Assembly: GCF_037042905.1 (NCBI RefSeq)
Contig: NC_087250.1
Coordinates: forward strand, 16,804,001-16,868,000
DNA: 64,000 nucleotides
Reading direction: 5' to 3'
Source of the DNA: Lytechinus pictus
Lineage: Eukaryota
In this document: piece by piece, positions 12,396 through 26,394 of the stretch
Layout of the letters: every line of letters begins with the position of its first letter
Numbering within the stretch: the stretch's first letter is position 1
Position numbers and translations under genes: made by a program
The notes under the pieces: model-generated
Seen by the model: the letters and a program-made list of their open reading frames with translations, nothing else
Databases searched by the model: none
What the model was told of the DNA's origin: nothing

Positions 12396-15300
12396 TATAC
12401 ATATTACATTGTATTAATTTAGGTGCCGATAATACAGGCTATGAAGGCGGGGATAATGAGAATACAATCATACGCCGTAAAAAATTGGTTGGTGGTGACA
12501 TGAGGGGGATTAGGAGAACAACTAAGGTAATTATTAAATCTTTTTTCCTGATTTTCCTGTCCCCCCGTACGAATAAGTTAAATTTAAAAAGTCTAAATCA
12601 TAACAATAATAATGAAAGTTTGAAGATATTTCTAAAATGATTATTTTAAACACACACACATACAGAAGTGGTTAGAAGCTGTACATTAAGCGAGTACAAC
12701 GAATAGTTATAATATTGCTACGTTCTTTATTTGTATGGGTTTTTTTTCTCCCTTCTTTGGCTTATTACTGAAAGAAATAATCCAGAAATTCTGTAACAAC
12801 TGTGAGGATAGAAGTTGTTCTTCTACTCAAACATTAAGAGTAGTTACTGATCATAAAACAATTATTTATAATATACCCATGAATTTAAAACTTTATTGAA
12901 AAATTTGAAATAACTATAGGTAAGCTACTTTCCGACCATGATAATTATACATGTATAGATTTACAACAAAACATTACGTTTATTTCTTTCTCCACTTCGT
13001 TTGACATGTGTTACTTGTCTCTGTTTCATTACTTTACAGTACCCTGCAAGTACAAATGATTTACTAGACACCAGAATGTTTAAGGTAAGGCCTTTTCAAT
13101 GCATAAAAATGATGGTTTAGATATTGTTTAGTAAATAATTGTACCGATAAAATACAAATAAAATGAATAAAAAATATAAAGACGTTTCGAATAGAGGGGG
13201 TGGTTGTCGTAAGTTGTACTTATCCTAGAAGGTGGATGTCCGCGGGGCGGACGTCCAGGGGGTGGATGTCTGGATACGATCACCCTTCAACCATCGTAAA
13301 TTTGAAGTAGGTTTGGCGACATTTTCACCTTCTTTTAAAACAAATTGTACTTTAAAACTGTCGAGAATGATGTCGCATTACAATCATTTGTCATAAACAT
13401 GTTTTTAATATATTCTTCATACCATTGTTTTTGCCTGATATCAGTCCACAGGGCCTACACAAGACTTAGAAGAGCTTTGTGGGCCACCCTCTGTCCCAAG
13501 GAATATTTCAGAAGGCAAGTCTTTCAATTTTAATGTAATCTGGAGCTAATGGAAGTCTAAGGGGAAGTTGCAAGAAAATCATTGCAATCAATTGCAAATT
13601 TCAGTTGCAAATCCTGGGGTGTTTCACAAAGATTTAAGTATGACTTAGAGTCGCACTTAAATGCTTCGTTGCGTGTGGTATAAAAGGCATGACCGCATTT
13701 AGTGGTCAGATCATGGGAGGAGGACGTGCATTACTGCGTATTGATCAATAAGATTGCGCGTTCTATATCTTGTACTCGTCGGCATTTAAGTGCGACCTAA
13801 GTCGTACTTAAATCTTTGTGAACACCCCCAAGAAGTGATATGTTGATTTGAAATCAAGCAAATGAATTTATTCTTGTCGATGGAAGAAGCAGACTAGTAA
13901 TCAATTGTAAATTTACTATCGATTACAATCCGTATGATTTATTTAATGACCTAAAATGATTTGCAATTAATTTCAAGTTTCTTGCAACATCCCATTAGTT
14001 TAGTCTTAGGCCCGCATACTGAAGACAGGTTTAAATTTAACCCTGGTTTAAAGTTGTGGTTTAAGTATGGAGAGCCAATTTGGGCACGAATCCCTTTCAG
14101 AGCACATCTTATTTATTCATTTGACACTCAAGTTGTTCACAGTGGTCTGGGAATGATAAATGCAGTATTTTTCCTTATTATGAATGCAAAAGGAACAAAA
14201 AAGGTAACGATAAGAAATTACAATATAATAATTTTAGCACAGAGTTAGACCGTGGTCTAAAGTTAAACCTGACTTCAGAATACAGGCCTTAGTATTCACA
14301 TGCTATACACTATGATTCGTATTTGATTTTGTCTGATTTAGTGCTATTATGTGTTTCAAAAACAAAATAAATAAAATAATTGACCCGATGACTAACTGGT
14401 ACATAATACAACAGCAACAAGTGAAATGTAGTATCTGTATTAAACGTAATATGCAGGCTTACTCTATAGTTCGAACCATTGTGGGTTTTTTTTTTTTTTG
14501 GGGGGGGGGGAATATTGCCAGCGGTAAGCGAAAAATAATTTCGCGAGCGGTAAGGCTTGGATGACTTTTTTGACCAGTATATCTATTTACCAAATTAAAT
14601 TCTTTCTGACAATCTAGAAAAAAAAATGACACAAGATGTCGAATTTGTTCGCTTGTATAAAAAAATACGTGTGTCCCTGATTCAAATTATGGTTTATGTG
14701 TGATAATAATGATAATTATTACCATTATTGTTATTACTGTTATCAAAATAATGATAATTATTATATTTATCCTCATCATCCTCATCATCATTTTTATTAT
14801 TTACATCTTCAGGGTTGGACGAATTAGGAGCAGGAGCAAGCGGAGGAGTTAGAATGCCTGACTCTGAACTCTTCCTTCCACACAGTCGTCTTGAGAAATT
14901 AGCCGTTCATGTTCGTATAGGCATACTAACGATTTTCCTGTATATTGTTACGTAACTTTTTTTTGCTGGGGAATCTGCATGTAATTTCTTTCATTATGAT
15001 GGCTCGTCACTTCCCCGCTGCGAAAAACACGGTATCATAGCGTGTACACAATTTGTTCTCAGTGTGATCACAGTGAGTTTGCAGTGTGTTTGAATGAGGT
15101 GTGTTTGCAGAAAGTTCACAGTGTGTTCACAGTGGGTTCGTAGTGTGTTTGCAGTGAGTTCGCAGTCATATCGCAGTGTGTGCACAGTTTGTTTGCAGTG
15201 TATTCACAATGTGTTTGCAGTAATTGTGTTCACAGTGTGTTCAAATTGATTTTCGAGTTAACAGCGAGTTCAGTGTATTCACAGTGAGTTTGTAATGTGT

Positions 15301-18300
15301 TTGCAGTATATCTTCACAGTGATTTCTGAGTTCACAGGGTGTTCAGAGTTAGTTTGTAGTGTGTTTGCAGTGATCTCACAGACATATCACAGTGTGTGCA
15401 CAGGTTGCTTCCATGTTGTTCACAGTGAGTTCGTTATGTGTTTGCAGTATGTGCACAGTGTGTTCACAATTATTTCTGAGTTCACAGTGTGTTCACAGTG
15501 AGTTTGTAGTGTGTCTGAAATGCATTCGCAGTGAGTTCACATACATATCACCGTGTGTGCACAGTTTTCAGTGTGTTAACAGTGAGTTTGTAATGTGTTT
15601 GCAGTATGTTCAGTGTGTTCACATTGAGTTCATAGTGTGTTTGCAGTGTGTTCGCAGTGAGTTCACAGACATATCACAGTGTGCTCTTGAACAGTCTGTT
15701 TGCAGTGTGTTCACAGTGTGTAATTGCAGTATATGTTCAAAGTGTGTTCAAAGTGATTCCCGAGTTCAAAGTGAGTTCACAGTGTGTTTATAATGTTTTT
15801 GTAGTATATGTTCACAGCAATTGAGTTCACAGTGTGTTCACATAAAGTTTATAGTTGGTTCACAGTAAGTTTGTAGTGTGTTTGCAGTGAGTTTACACTG
15901 TGTTCACAGTGAGTTCGTTATGTGTATGCAGTATGTTCACAGTGTGTATACAGTGATTTCTGGGTTCACATAGTGTTTACAGTAAGTTTGTAGTGTGTTC
16001 ACAGTGATTTCACGGAATATTCACAGTGAGTCTGTAGTGTGTTTGCAGTATGGTCACAGTGATTTCTTGGTTCACAGTGTTCACAGTGAGTTTGTAGTGT
16101 GTTTGCAGTGAGTTCACAGTGTGTTCACAGACATATAACAATTTGTGCACAGTTTGTTTCCAGTGTGTTCACAGTGACTTCGTTATGTGGTGGCAGTATA
16201 TTCACCGTGATTTCTGTGTTCACAAAGAGTTCGCAGTTAGATCAGGGCCATATCGCATCGTGTGCACTGTTTGATTCCAGTGTGTTTACAGTGAGTTTGG
16301 TAGGTGTTTGCAGTGTGTTCACAGTGTGTTCAGGGTGAGTTCTCAGTGAGTTCGTAATGTATTTGCAGTGTGTTTGCAGTGAGTTCACAGACATATTACA
16401 GTGTGTGAACAGTTTGTTTCCAGTGTGTTCACAGTACTTTCTGAGTTTACAGTGTGTTCACAGTGTGTTCACAGTGGGTTCGTAGTGTGTTTGCAGTGAG
16501 TTCGCAGTCATATCACAGTGTGTGCGCAGTTTGTTTTCAGTGTGTTCACATTAATTTTACATTGTGTTCACAGTGATTTGTATGTTTGCAGTGAGTTCAC
16601 AGTCATATGACAGTGCGCACAGTTTGTTTGCAGTGTGTTCACAATGTGTTTGTAATATGTTTGCAGTAATGTTTTTAAAGTGTGTTCAAATTGATTTCCG
16701 AGTTAACAGTGAGTTCATTTTGTATTCACAGTGAGTTTGTTATGTGTTTGCAGTTTATGTTCACAGTGATTCCTGAGTTTACAGGGTGTTCAGAGTTAGT
16801 TTGTAGTGTGTTTGCAGTGTGTTCGCAGTGATCTCACACACATATCACAGTGTGTGCACAGGTTGCTTCCTTGCTGTTCACAGTAAGTTCGTTATGTGTT
16901 TGCAGTATGTGCACAGTGTATACACAGTTATTTCTGAGTTCACAGTGTGTTCACAGTGAGTTTTTAGTGTGTTCGCAGTCAGTTTGTAATGTGTGTGCAG
17001 TATGTTCACAGTCATATCTCAGTGTGTGCACCGTTTGCAGTGTGTTCACAGTGAGTTCGTTATGTGTTTGCAGTATGTTCACAGTGTGTTCACAGTGAGT
17101 TTATAGTGTGTTTGAAATGCGTTTGCAGTGAGTTGACATACATATCACCGTGTGTGCACAGTTTTCAGTTGTTAAAAGTGAGTTTGTAATGTGTTCACAT
17201 TGAGTTCATAGTGTGTTTGTAGTGTGTTCGCAGTGAGTTCACAGACATATCACGGTGTGCTCTTGAACAGTCTGTTTACAGTGTGTTCACAGTGTGTAAT
17301 TGCAGTATATGTTCAAAGTGTGTTCACAGTGATTCCCGAGTTCAAAGTGAGTTCACAGTGTGTTCACAGTGAGTTTATAATGTGTTTGTAGTATATGCTC
17401 ACAGTAATTGAGTTCACAGTGTGTTCACATAAAGTTTATAGTTGGTTCACAGTGAGTTTGTAGTGTGTTTGCAGTGTGTTTGCAGTGAGTTTACAATGTG
17501 TTCACATTGAGTTCGTTATGTGTTTGCAGTATGTTCACAGTGTGTATACAGAGATTTCTGGGTTCACAGAGTGTTAACAGTAAGTTTGTAGTGTGTTCGC
17601 AGTGTGTTCACAGTGATTTCACGGATTATTCATTGTGAGTCTGTAGTGTGTTTGCATGCAGTATGGTCACAGTGATTTCTTGGTTCACAGTGTTCACAGT
17701 GAGTTTGTAGTGTGTTTGCAGTGAGTTCACAGTGTGTTCACATTGATTTCACGGATTATTCACAGTGAGTTTTTAAGTGTGTTTGCAGTGCGTTCGAAGT
17801 GAGTTCACAGACATATATCAATGTGTGCACAGTTTGTTTCCAGTGTGTTCACAGTGAGTTCGTTATGTGGTGGCAGTATATTCACCGTGATTTATGTGTT
17901 CACAGAGAGTTCACAGTGTGTTCACAGTGATTTTGTTAAGTGTTTGCAGTGAGTTCACAGTTAGATCAGGGCCATATCACATCGTGTGCACAGTTTGATT
18001 CCAGTGTGTTTACAGTGAGTTTGTAAGGTGTTTGCAGTATGTTCACAGTGTGTTCAGGGTGAGTTCTCAGTGAGTTTGAAGTGTATTTGCAGTGTGTTTG
18101 CAGTGAGTTCACAGACATGTCACAGTGTGTGAACAGTTTGTTTCCAGTGTGTTCACAGTGATTTCTGAGTTCACAGTGTGCTCACAGTGAGTTCAGTGAG
18201 TTCACAGTGAGTTTACAGATATATCACAATGTGCTCGTGAACAGTCTGTTTGCATCGTGTACACAGTGTGCAGTGATTTCACAGTTTGTTCACAATGTTC

Positions 18301-21300
18301 GCAGTGTGTTTACAATATCATAAAAGTGTGGACATTTTTTGTTCCTAGTTAAATTGAAATCATAATCTGTTGTGTGTGTGCTTTTTTACCAATAGGATCA
18401 ATTTTTGGATGATATGGAAGAAGACCCAGATGATGACGGTATGTATCTTAATAGTGGTATTAACAAAATTCAATAAATCGGGGCTATATTTTTATTTCAT
18501 TGTGTTCATATAATTTTCACTGTACACATGGTGTAGAATCAAGATTTCAATATCAACTACACCAGATTAGGGATTGCGGCTATCCCCCCCCCCCCCCCCC
18601 AAAAAAAAAAAAAAAAAAAAAAAAAACAAGAAAAAGGAATATTTTGTTTTTATTCCTGAAAAATCCTTGAAATAAAATGTAAAGTGAATAACAGCCCTTA
18701 ATCATTAAAAGGCCATTATCAATCCTTTTATATTCAGATCCAGACATGTCTAGTCAGATGATCCATCCATCTAGAGGAGGTACAATCATGCTACCTGCCC
18801 ATGGTATTAGTCTCTTTATCCCAGTCTGGGCTTTACGAAAGGAATGCAGAATCACGATGAAGGTAGGCTGGACGACAATTGATCCGATAGCACATTGGCA
18901 CGTTGAGGCAAACATAAAATCTAACCTCCCAAACTAAACATGCTAAATAAACCCTAATCATTACATCAACATTATTCTGAACCAAAAACTAGATTACCAT
19001 TCTAAAGCTACCCCTATGACCTCTGGTGGGTGTTTCATAAAGCTGTTCGTAAGTAAAGAGCGACTTTAAGAACGACTGGCGATCCATATTCATTGGCGAT
19101 CGTTAAGCGCGTAGGAAAGGTTCACCAGTCGTTCTTAAAGTCGCTCTTAACTTACGAACAACTTTATGAAACGGCGTCCTGATATATTAAGGCCAAAGCA
19201 AATGTCGCAAGAGCAAATATCCTGTTATCTGGATTCTGTATCGTGAAAGGGGCATTGCAGGAAGGCTTTAAAAAAAAATTTAACTTTCATTTTAGTCTCC
19301 GATTTCATCATTAGATTATATCTGGAGTGTGTCATGTTACCTTTTATTAAAAAAATATATACATTTTAGGATTTTATGATAAAAAAAATGAACTGAACCG
19401 AAAAAGACCGTAGTTTATATCGCCGATGGTAATAGCACGTTTTCTCACAGGCGACGCAGAACAAACTCAGGAACACAGTAAATCTATTTCAAATGCTCAT
19501 CAAATGACGATGAACAGCAGCGAGGTCTTTCACGCAAATTGGTGAACCTAAACAGAGGTTCGTCGTAAGTCTCGGAGCTGACGAATAATTGCGAATTCAT
19601 CGTTTGTCCAGAATCCCGAAGGCAACTGCTCAGTGTTTTGATTTAATCCCCAATTTTTGACAAATACTTTTGGTTGTGCTTTGTCATGAAGAACATTTGA
19701 CAATACATTTGCTGTGTTCTATGATGCGTTCTTCATTAAAGTGCAAGACTATTTACTGACTCTGTAAATGGGCAATGGAACGAATTTTGAAATGTGGGGC
19801 GTGGGCGGAAAGTAGGGGGACCATGCAAAAATTCGCAATCAGATTATCACTTTTACGTTTTCTGTAAGTTTGTTTAAAAAAAGTGGGCGGACCCCTGTTA
19901 CACCCACAAATGTAATAATCGCCCACAAATGTAATAACGCCCACAAGTGTGATAACACTTTACCCACAAGTGTAATAACGCCCACAAATGTAATAACACT
20001 TTACCCACAAATGAAATAATTTTGATCGCCCACAAATTTAATAATGACTTTACCCACAAATGTAATGAATTTGAAGGGATTTTTGGCGAATCCGTTCTAA
20101 ACTGAAATCCTATAGTAATACGTTCATAAAGCACAAAAGTGCAAAGTCTTTTTTTCCAGACCCGGTTAATAAAGAAAGTATAATATAATCCAAAGTCTTT
20201 TCTTCCAGACCCGGTTATTTCAAAAATTATAATATAAGTCCAAACTAAGATATGATAATGATATTCCAGTGGAATAAAAATGAGAATCGAGCTTAGTCTT
20301 TTTCCAAACCCAGTTAATTAAAACTGGTGGTATCAGTGTCTTTGTTGTTGTTTTCACTTATACGGCGCATATTGTGAATATACGCGCTAAGAGTAAATTG
20401 AGAATCAAGCATAGTCTTTTCTCCAGACCCGGTAACTAAAAACTAAAACCCTATAGTAATGTGTTCGTATAGCACAAATGTGCAAAGTCTTTTTTCCAGA
20501 CCCGGTTAATTCAAAAATTATTATAAGTCCAATGTCTTTTTTCCAGACCCGGTTGTTTAAAAAATTATACTGTGAGTTCAAAGTTTAAAGTTTCGCTTAA
20601 TTTGTATTTTTCAGAGAACTGGGTGCGGGGTACAGACAACACTCTAAACCCAAGCATTTTAACTGGGCTTAATTTTGAAATTTGGTCTTTTTTTTTTTTT
20701 CAATATTTCTTTATTTAAAAAAAAAACGGGTCTAGACGAAAGACTAAGCATAATACTCGTGTTATTCCACAGGAATAAGAATATGACAAAGTCTTGTGTT
20801 TTTAAGACTGTTTGAATTATTTTTAAAATGACTGGGTCTGGAATAAAGACAACATGTGCTTTTCTACATGGTCTTAATTTGGAGGACTGTTGGTTCTTAG
20901 ATTCGTTGTTGGGGTTGGGTTTTGTTGCTTTTTTATTCTTGAAATAACTGTGTCTGGAGGAAAGTCTACAATCGATCTTCATGTTATTCCACAGTAATTA
21001 GATTATTGGGTATTCGTTTTAGAATATTTGTAAAAACTATCTTTTTTTTCAAATAATAACCAAGTCTGGAGAAAGGATGTTTGCTTTACCCATGCATTAT
21101 TACAATGTTTAGTAGGGGTCTTAGTATTATTTAAAAAAAACTGGGTGCGGGGCTAATACATATTTTTACACCCAGTTACACCCAGTAAGGGTGTAACTTT
21201 TGAAGAGTGGTCTTAGATTTGAACTGTTGAAGTTTTTTTAATTCTTTTTTTTTAATAACCGGGTCTGGAGAAAAGAGTACGTTTTAAAACTCATGTTATT

Positions 21301-24300
21301 CCAGAAGAATAAGAATATGATATAGTCTTACGTTAGAATTTTTTTTTTTTTTTGTAATTTTTTTAATGATTAGGTCTGGAATAAAGACAATGCTCTAAAC
21401 CTCTTTTTAAAACAGGTTCTTAGGTTGAAGGATTGTTTGGTCTTAGATTTGGAATTTTCTTATTATTACTGTTAGCGTTATTTTGAAAAAAAAAGTAACT
21501 GGGTCTGGCTGAAAGACTATGCTATATGTCCATGTTATCCAGCATTAATAAGATTATGGGGTCTTTATACTGTTGTTGTTGTTGTTGTATTGTTATTTAT
21601 AATTTTCGAATAACAGTGTTTGGAGAAAAGACTAAGCTCGATTTTTATTTTTATTCCACTGGAATATCATTATGGTATCATAGTTTGGACTTATATTATA
21701 ATGTTTGAAACAACCGTTCTGGAAAAAAAAGACTTAATTTAGACTTATGTCATAAATATTTAATTAACCAGGTCTGGAAAAAAGACTTTTAACTCTTGTG
21801 CTACATGAACACATTACTATAAGGATTTAGATTTTAGTTTTAAGTAACCGGGTGTGGAGAAAGACTACGCTTGATTCTAAATTTACTCTTAGCGCATATA
21901 TTCACAATACGCACCGTGTAAGTTCAAACAACAACAAAGACATTAATTCCATCAGTTTTAATTAACTGGGTCTGGAGAAAAAACTAAGCTCGATTCTCAT
22001 TTTCATTCCACCGGAATATCATTATCGTATCCTAGTTTGGATTTATTTTATATTTTTTTCAATAACCGTGTCTGGAAAAAAGACTTTGCACCTTTGTGAT
22101 TGTGTGCTATATGAACGCATTCCTATAGGATTTTAGTTTAGAACGGATTCGCCAAAAATCCCTTCAAATTTATTACATTTGTGGGTAAAGTCATTATTAC
22201 ATTTGTGGGCGATCAAAAATTATTACATTTGTGGGTAAAGTGTTATTACATTTGTGGGCGTTATTACATTTGTGGGTAAAGTGTTATTACATTTGTGGGC
22301 GTTATTACATTTGTGGGTGCAACAACCCCGCCCCACCCCCCGCCCCTCCTTCCCCGTTTCTATAGCCAATTGTTTTAAGACTTTTTCTTTGTTGTTGTTG
22401 TTGTTGAGTGATTATCAACCTGAGTATAATAACTTCTGGATTATTTTTATCAATTCATTATTTTCATATTGCATGTTACGTATGAGATAACAGGTTCATT
22501 TAAGATTTTGTAGGGCGAATATGGAAATATTACATATTCGGAATAAAAGACTTTCTTCTTGTCGGTAGAGGCCTACCCAAAGGTTTTGTAATGATTTGAT
22601 ACTGTTAGGTAAGTTTCCTAAAGCCAGCATTCTCTATCCTCTCTCTCTCTCTGTTCATCTCTCCTTCTTTTAGGTTCTACCACAGCCATCAAGTCCCCTT
22701 ATCACAGAGGATGAGGCATTTGTGTCACCGGGTGTGATCTTCGAGCCATCGGGGACCATTTTTGATACCCCATTGAGGTTGGTGGTTCCCCATTGCGCAA
22801 TATTAACAGATCCCTCCATGGCCATGGTCAACATGCACGTCACACAGGGCGATAAAGGTGAATAAAATTTAATAGTACACAGGTTGTAGAGATTGGATCA
22901 GTGATTGGTCAAAATGCCATCACGTGATCATAGCTAGCCGCAAGGATCATATTCATTGCAGTGTAGGTTTTGACGTTACCTCAAAGAATACGATCAGATG
23001 AGGGCGTTATATTGAACATGGAGACGTCACCCGCTGTTGATGTTACTGTTACACTAATTCCTAACATTTGTTTTGACATTTAGTTTCTAATTTATCATCA
23101 TAATAATTATACAGCCATTATTATAGAGACAATATTTCTTTTCTAACTCAACCAGTAAATTATGATGAAGATGAAGAAAAAAACAAAATAATTTCGAATT
23201 AATCAATTTTTTTCCATAATTTTAGTCACCAAGGAAGAGCTATCACCAACTGGGATGCCTCGGTGCGTTGTCAGGCAGGACATGATTGAAGTGTACATCA
23301 ACCACTTCTCAATCTGTGAAATGTTCGTGGTAATTTCGGACTATTTCCTGGGAAAGCGTGTCGCATCGACGCCCTACCTTCCCAAATCACTCAGCCGTCT
23401 ACAACCGCAATGCTGCCACCTACGTTTGTACAATGACACCCCAGGCCTTGAAGACGTGAGATATTTTCATCAAAATCATTATAAAAACAATCATATTTGT
23501 GCTAGCTCAATGTAATGAATTTGATGTTTTAATTTTATCATGTTATTGTCAAAATGTATGGTCGGAGTTTTTATTTTGTTTTATTTATTTATTCATTTAT
23601 TTACCTATTTATTTATCTATTCATTATTTATTTATCTAATATTTATTTTCTATTTATTCATTTAGTTATTTATCTTTCACGAAAACGATATTAAGTTGAA
23701 AACATTAAAGAGTTGATATTTTTTATTTGCGTTTGGGTTAAACTTTTTTTCTAAATTGTCTTAATCTTGTGTTAATGTAAATTAAAAGTTAGATAAGTTA
23801 GAAAAGTTTGAAGAACATAATCTGAACAAAATATTAATTAGATCTTTGGGCAATGTGAATTTTTCTTCTTCGTCATCTTCTTCTTCATTGATAAACAGAT
23901 AATTGGTACTGAAGAAGAAAAGCTTGGTTACGTCAAAATGGCACCGACCAAGAAAATATTCGTCCTTTGGGAGAAGGGAGAACTCAAGATCAAATGTGAC
24001 GTAAACAGTGGCCACGTGACTGAAAGTGAAAAGGTAAATGGAATTGAAAATCAACGAAAAGAAAATCTGCTGCGTCATAAATCATATCATTCTTAGGATT
24101 TCATCACTGGCTGGTAATATACTCCTCATTTCAAACCACTATTTAACAAGAACTTCAAATCACCATGTATAGGTGAATGACTTTAAAGTGCAATGCACAT
24201 ATTCAATCTTGTATTTTGCGCACTGAACATTTGTGATTTGTACATTTTTTTATGTTTACAAGACACCATCAAAGTAGCAATACATAGTGTAATATTAGAA

Positions 24301-25281
24301 AAAAGTTCACTCATAACAATATTGTAATAAATATGATGTAGGATTTGTATAGCGCACATATCCACCTTGTTAGGTCCCAATGCGCTCATATATTACCCCG
24401 GCTAAGCTAGTCTACCGATTCCGGTCCTGACAGCTTTTTGAAGAAATGCTTCCTGCCGGTACCCATTCACCTCACCTGGGTTGAATGCAGCACAGTGCAG
24501 GTAGATTTCTTGCTGAAGGAAAACACGCCATGGAATCAAACCCAGTACTGTACTGTATTGTTTTTGCTTTGCTTTGAATTTGTTTTCCTTTTTTTTTTTG
24601 GTTGCATCGTGCTTTGTGGGGGAGGGGTAGTTCGTATGCTAGGAATTATACCTGCGTATAACTTTATATTATAAAACTCCAAAATTATAATTCTTAAGTC
24701 ACACCGGTTGAGCCGACTACTACAACAATCAAAGCTATTACGTTATTTCCGATGACACACAATCGGTCAATTCGGACGCAGTTTCGTTGATGTGACTAGG
24801 GCATTAGCAACGAACGTAGAGGGCAGCGACACACACCAGCTGCACTGATGTGTGTTGCTGCCCTCTACGTTCGTTGGGCATTAGTATTTTTTTTTCTATT
24901 TGAATTTTGTTCTGCTTCTATTCTTGAACGTAGGCTGTGTCACTAGACGAAATCTACAGACTGGATAGAAATGTTCTCAATTTCTTAGTGAAAGCGAGCG
25001 GTAACTCTGATGTTTTTTTTACTTTCCAATTCCGGCCGCATTGTGACGATGGTCATGCCTTCAGTGCTAAATTCGGTAAGCAACTCGATTTCTGTTATAG
25101 TCATTATCATTTTCATCATCATGATTTTTGATTTGATATCACTTTATTGAAATCACAATAAAGGAAGAAATTTGCAAAGTCAATACAAAACATAACAGAG
25201 ATTAAGATAGGCCAAGGTCATGACGCATTACTATTATAAGTAGTAGTAGTACTAGTAGTAGTACTAGTAGTAGTAGTAGTA

Positions 25282-25355
<74 letters not shown>

Positions 25356-26321
25356 TAGCAGTAGTAGTAGTAGTAGTACTAGTAGTAGTAGTAGTAGTAT
25401 AGTAGTACTAGTAGTAGTATAGTAGTAGTAGTAGTAGTATAGCAGTAGCAGTAGTAGTAGTACTAGTAGTAGTAGTAGTATAGTAGTACTAGTAGTAGTA
25501 TAGTAGTAGTAGTAGTAGTATAGCAGTAGTAGTAGTACTAGTAGTAGTAGTAGTATAGTAGTAGTACTAGTAGTAGTACTAGTAGTAGTATAGTAGTAGT
25601 AGTAGTAGTAGTCATGGTGGTAGTAGTAGTAGTAGTAGTAGAAGTAGTAGTAGTAGTAGTTGTTGTTATTGTTGTAGTATTGGCATCAGTAATGTTATGA
25701 TTATTCTTAATATTATTATTATATTTATCATTATTATTATTTGTTTTATCATTTTCATCATCATTCTTCTAATAATTATTTCATTATTATTATCACCATC
25801 ATCATCGACATCATCATTATTATTATTATCATAATTACTATTATTTTTATCATCATCATCATTATAAGAGGTAAATCAATTGTGAATATCGTTACGGCCA
25901 GGAATGATCGCTTCAGTTGACTGCAACAAACTATGGATTAAGTCATTATAACTACTTGATATAAAAAATTGAAAGCCATGCACACACCAGCACACAGCCT
26001 TTCTGGCAACTACATCATTCTCACATCCCGACCCCCCCCCCCCCCAAAAAAAAAAAAATGCATCGAGTTCGTCACCTACCCTATTTTTTTTCTTTTAATA
26101 CGCTATATCAGAAGCGATTTAAGAACACAAAATCTTTGTTTTTCTTGACAAGATCAAGATGCAATATGCAAAATTTGCAATCAATTTTGGCAAGGCCTTT
26201 CCATTTTTTTTCTCAAATGCAATATGTTGCATTTGATTCCCACGTCTAAAATACATATATTTGTATAAAAATTCAGATTTAGTCAAAGGTGGATTTAGCC
26301 CCTTTATATAAATAATATAAA

Positions 26322-26394
<73 letters not shown>

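Noticed and set aside
14994..17098. Cys/Val/Ser-rich ORFs resembling metallothionein or keratin-associated proteins
   Set aside because: Translations of the CACAGTG satellite; no splice signals or coherent frame.
19898..20070. CRISPR-like array of short repeats (also 22170-22320)
   Set aside because: Eukaryotic context; the repeats are directly tandem with no unique spacers and form the arms of a foldback transposon; no cas genes.
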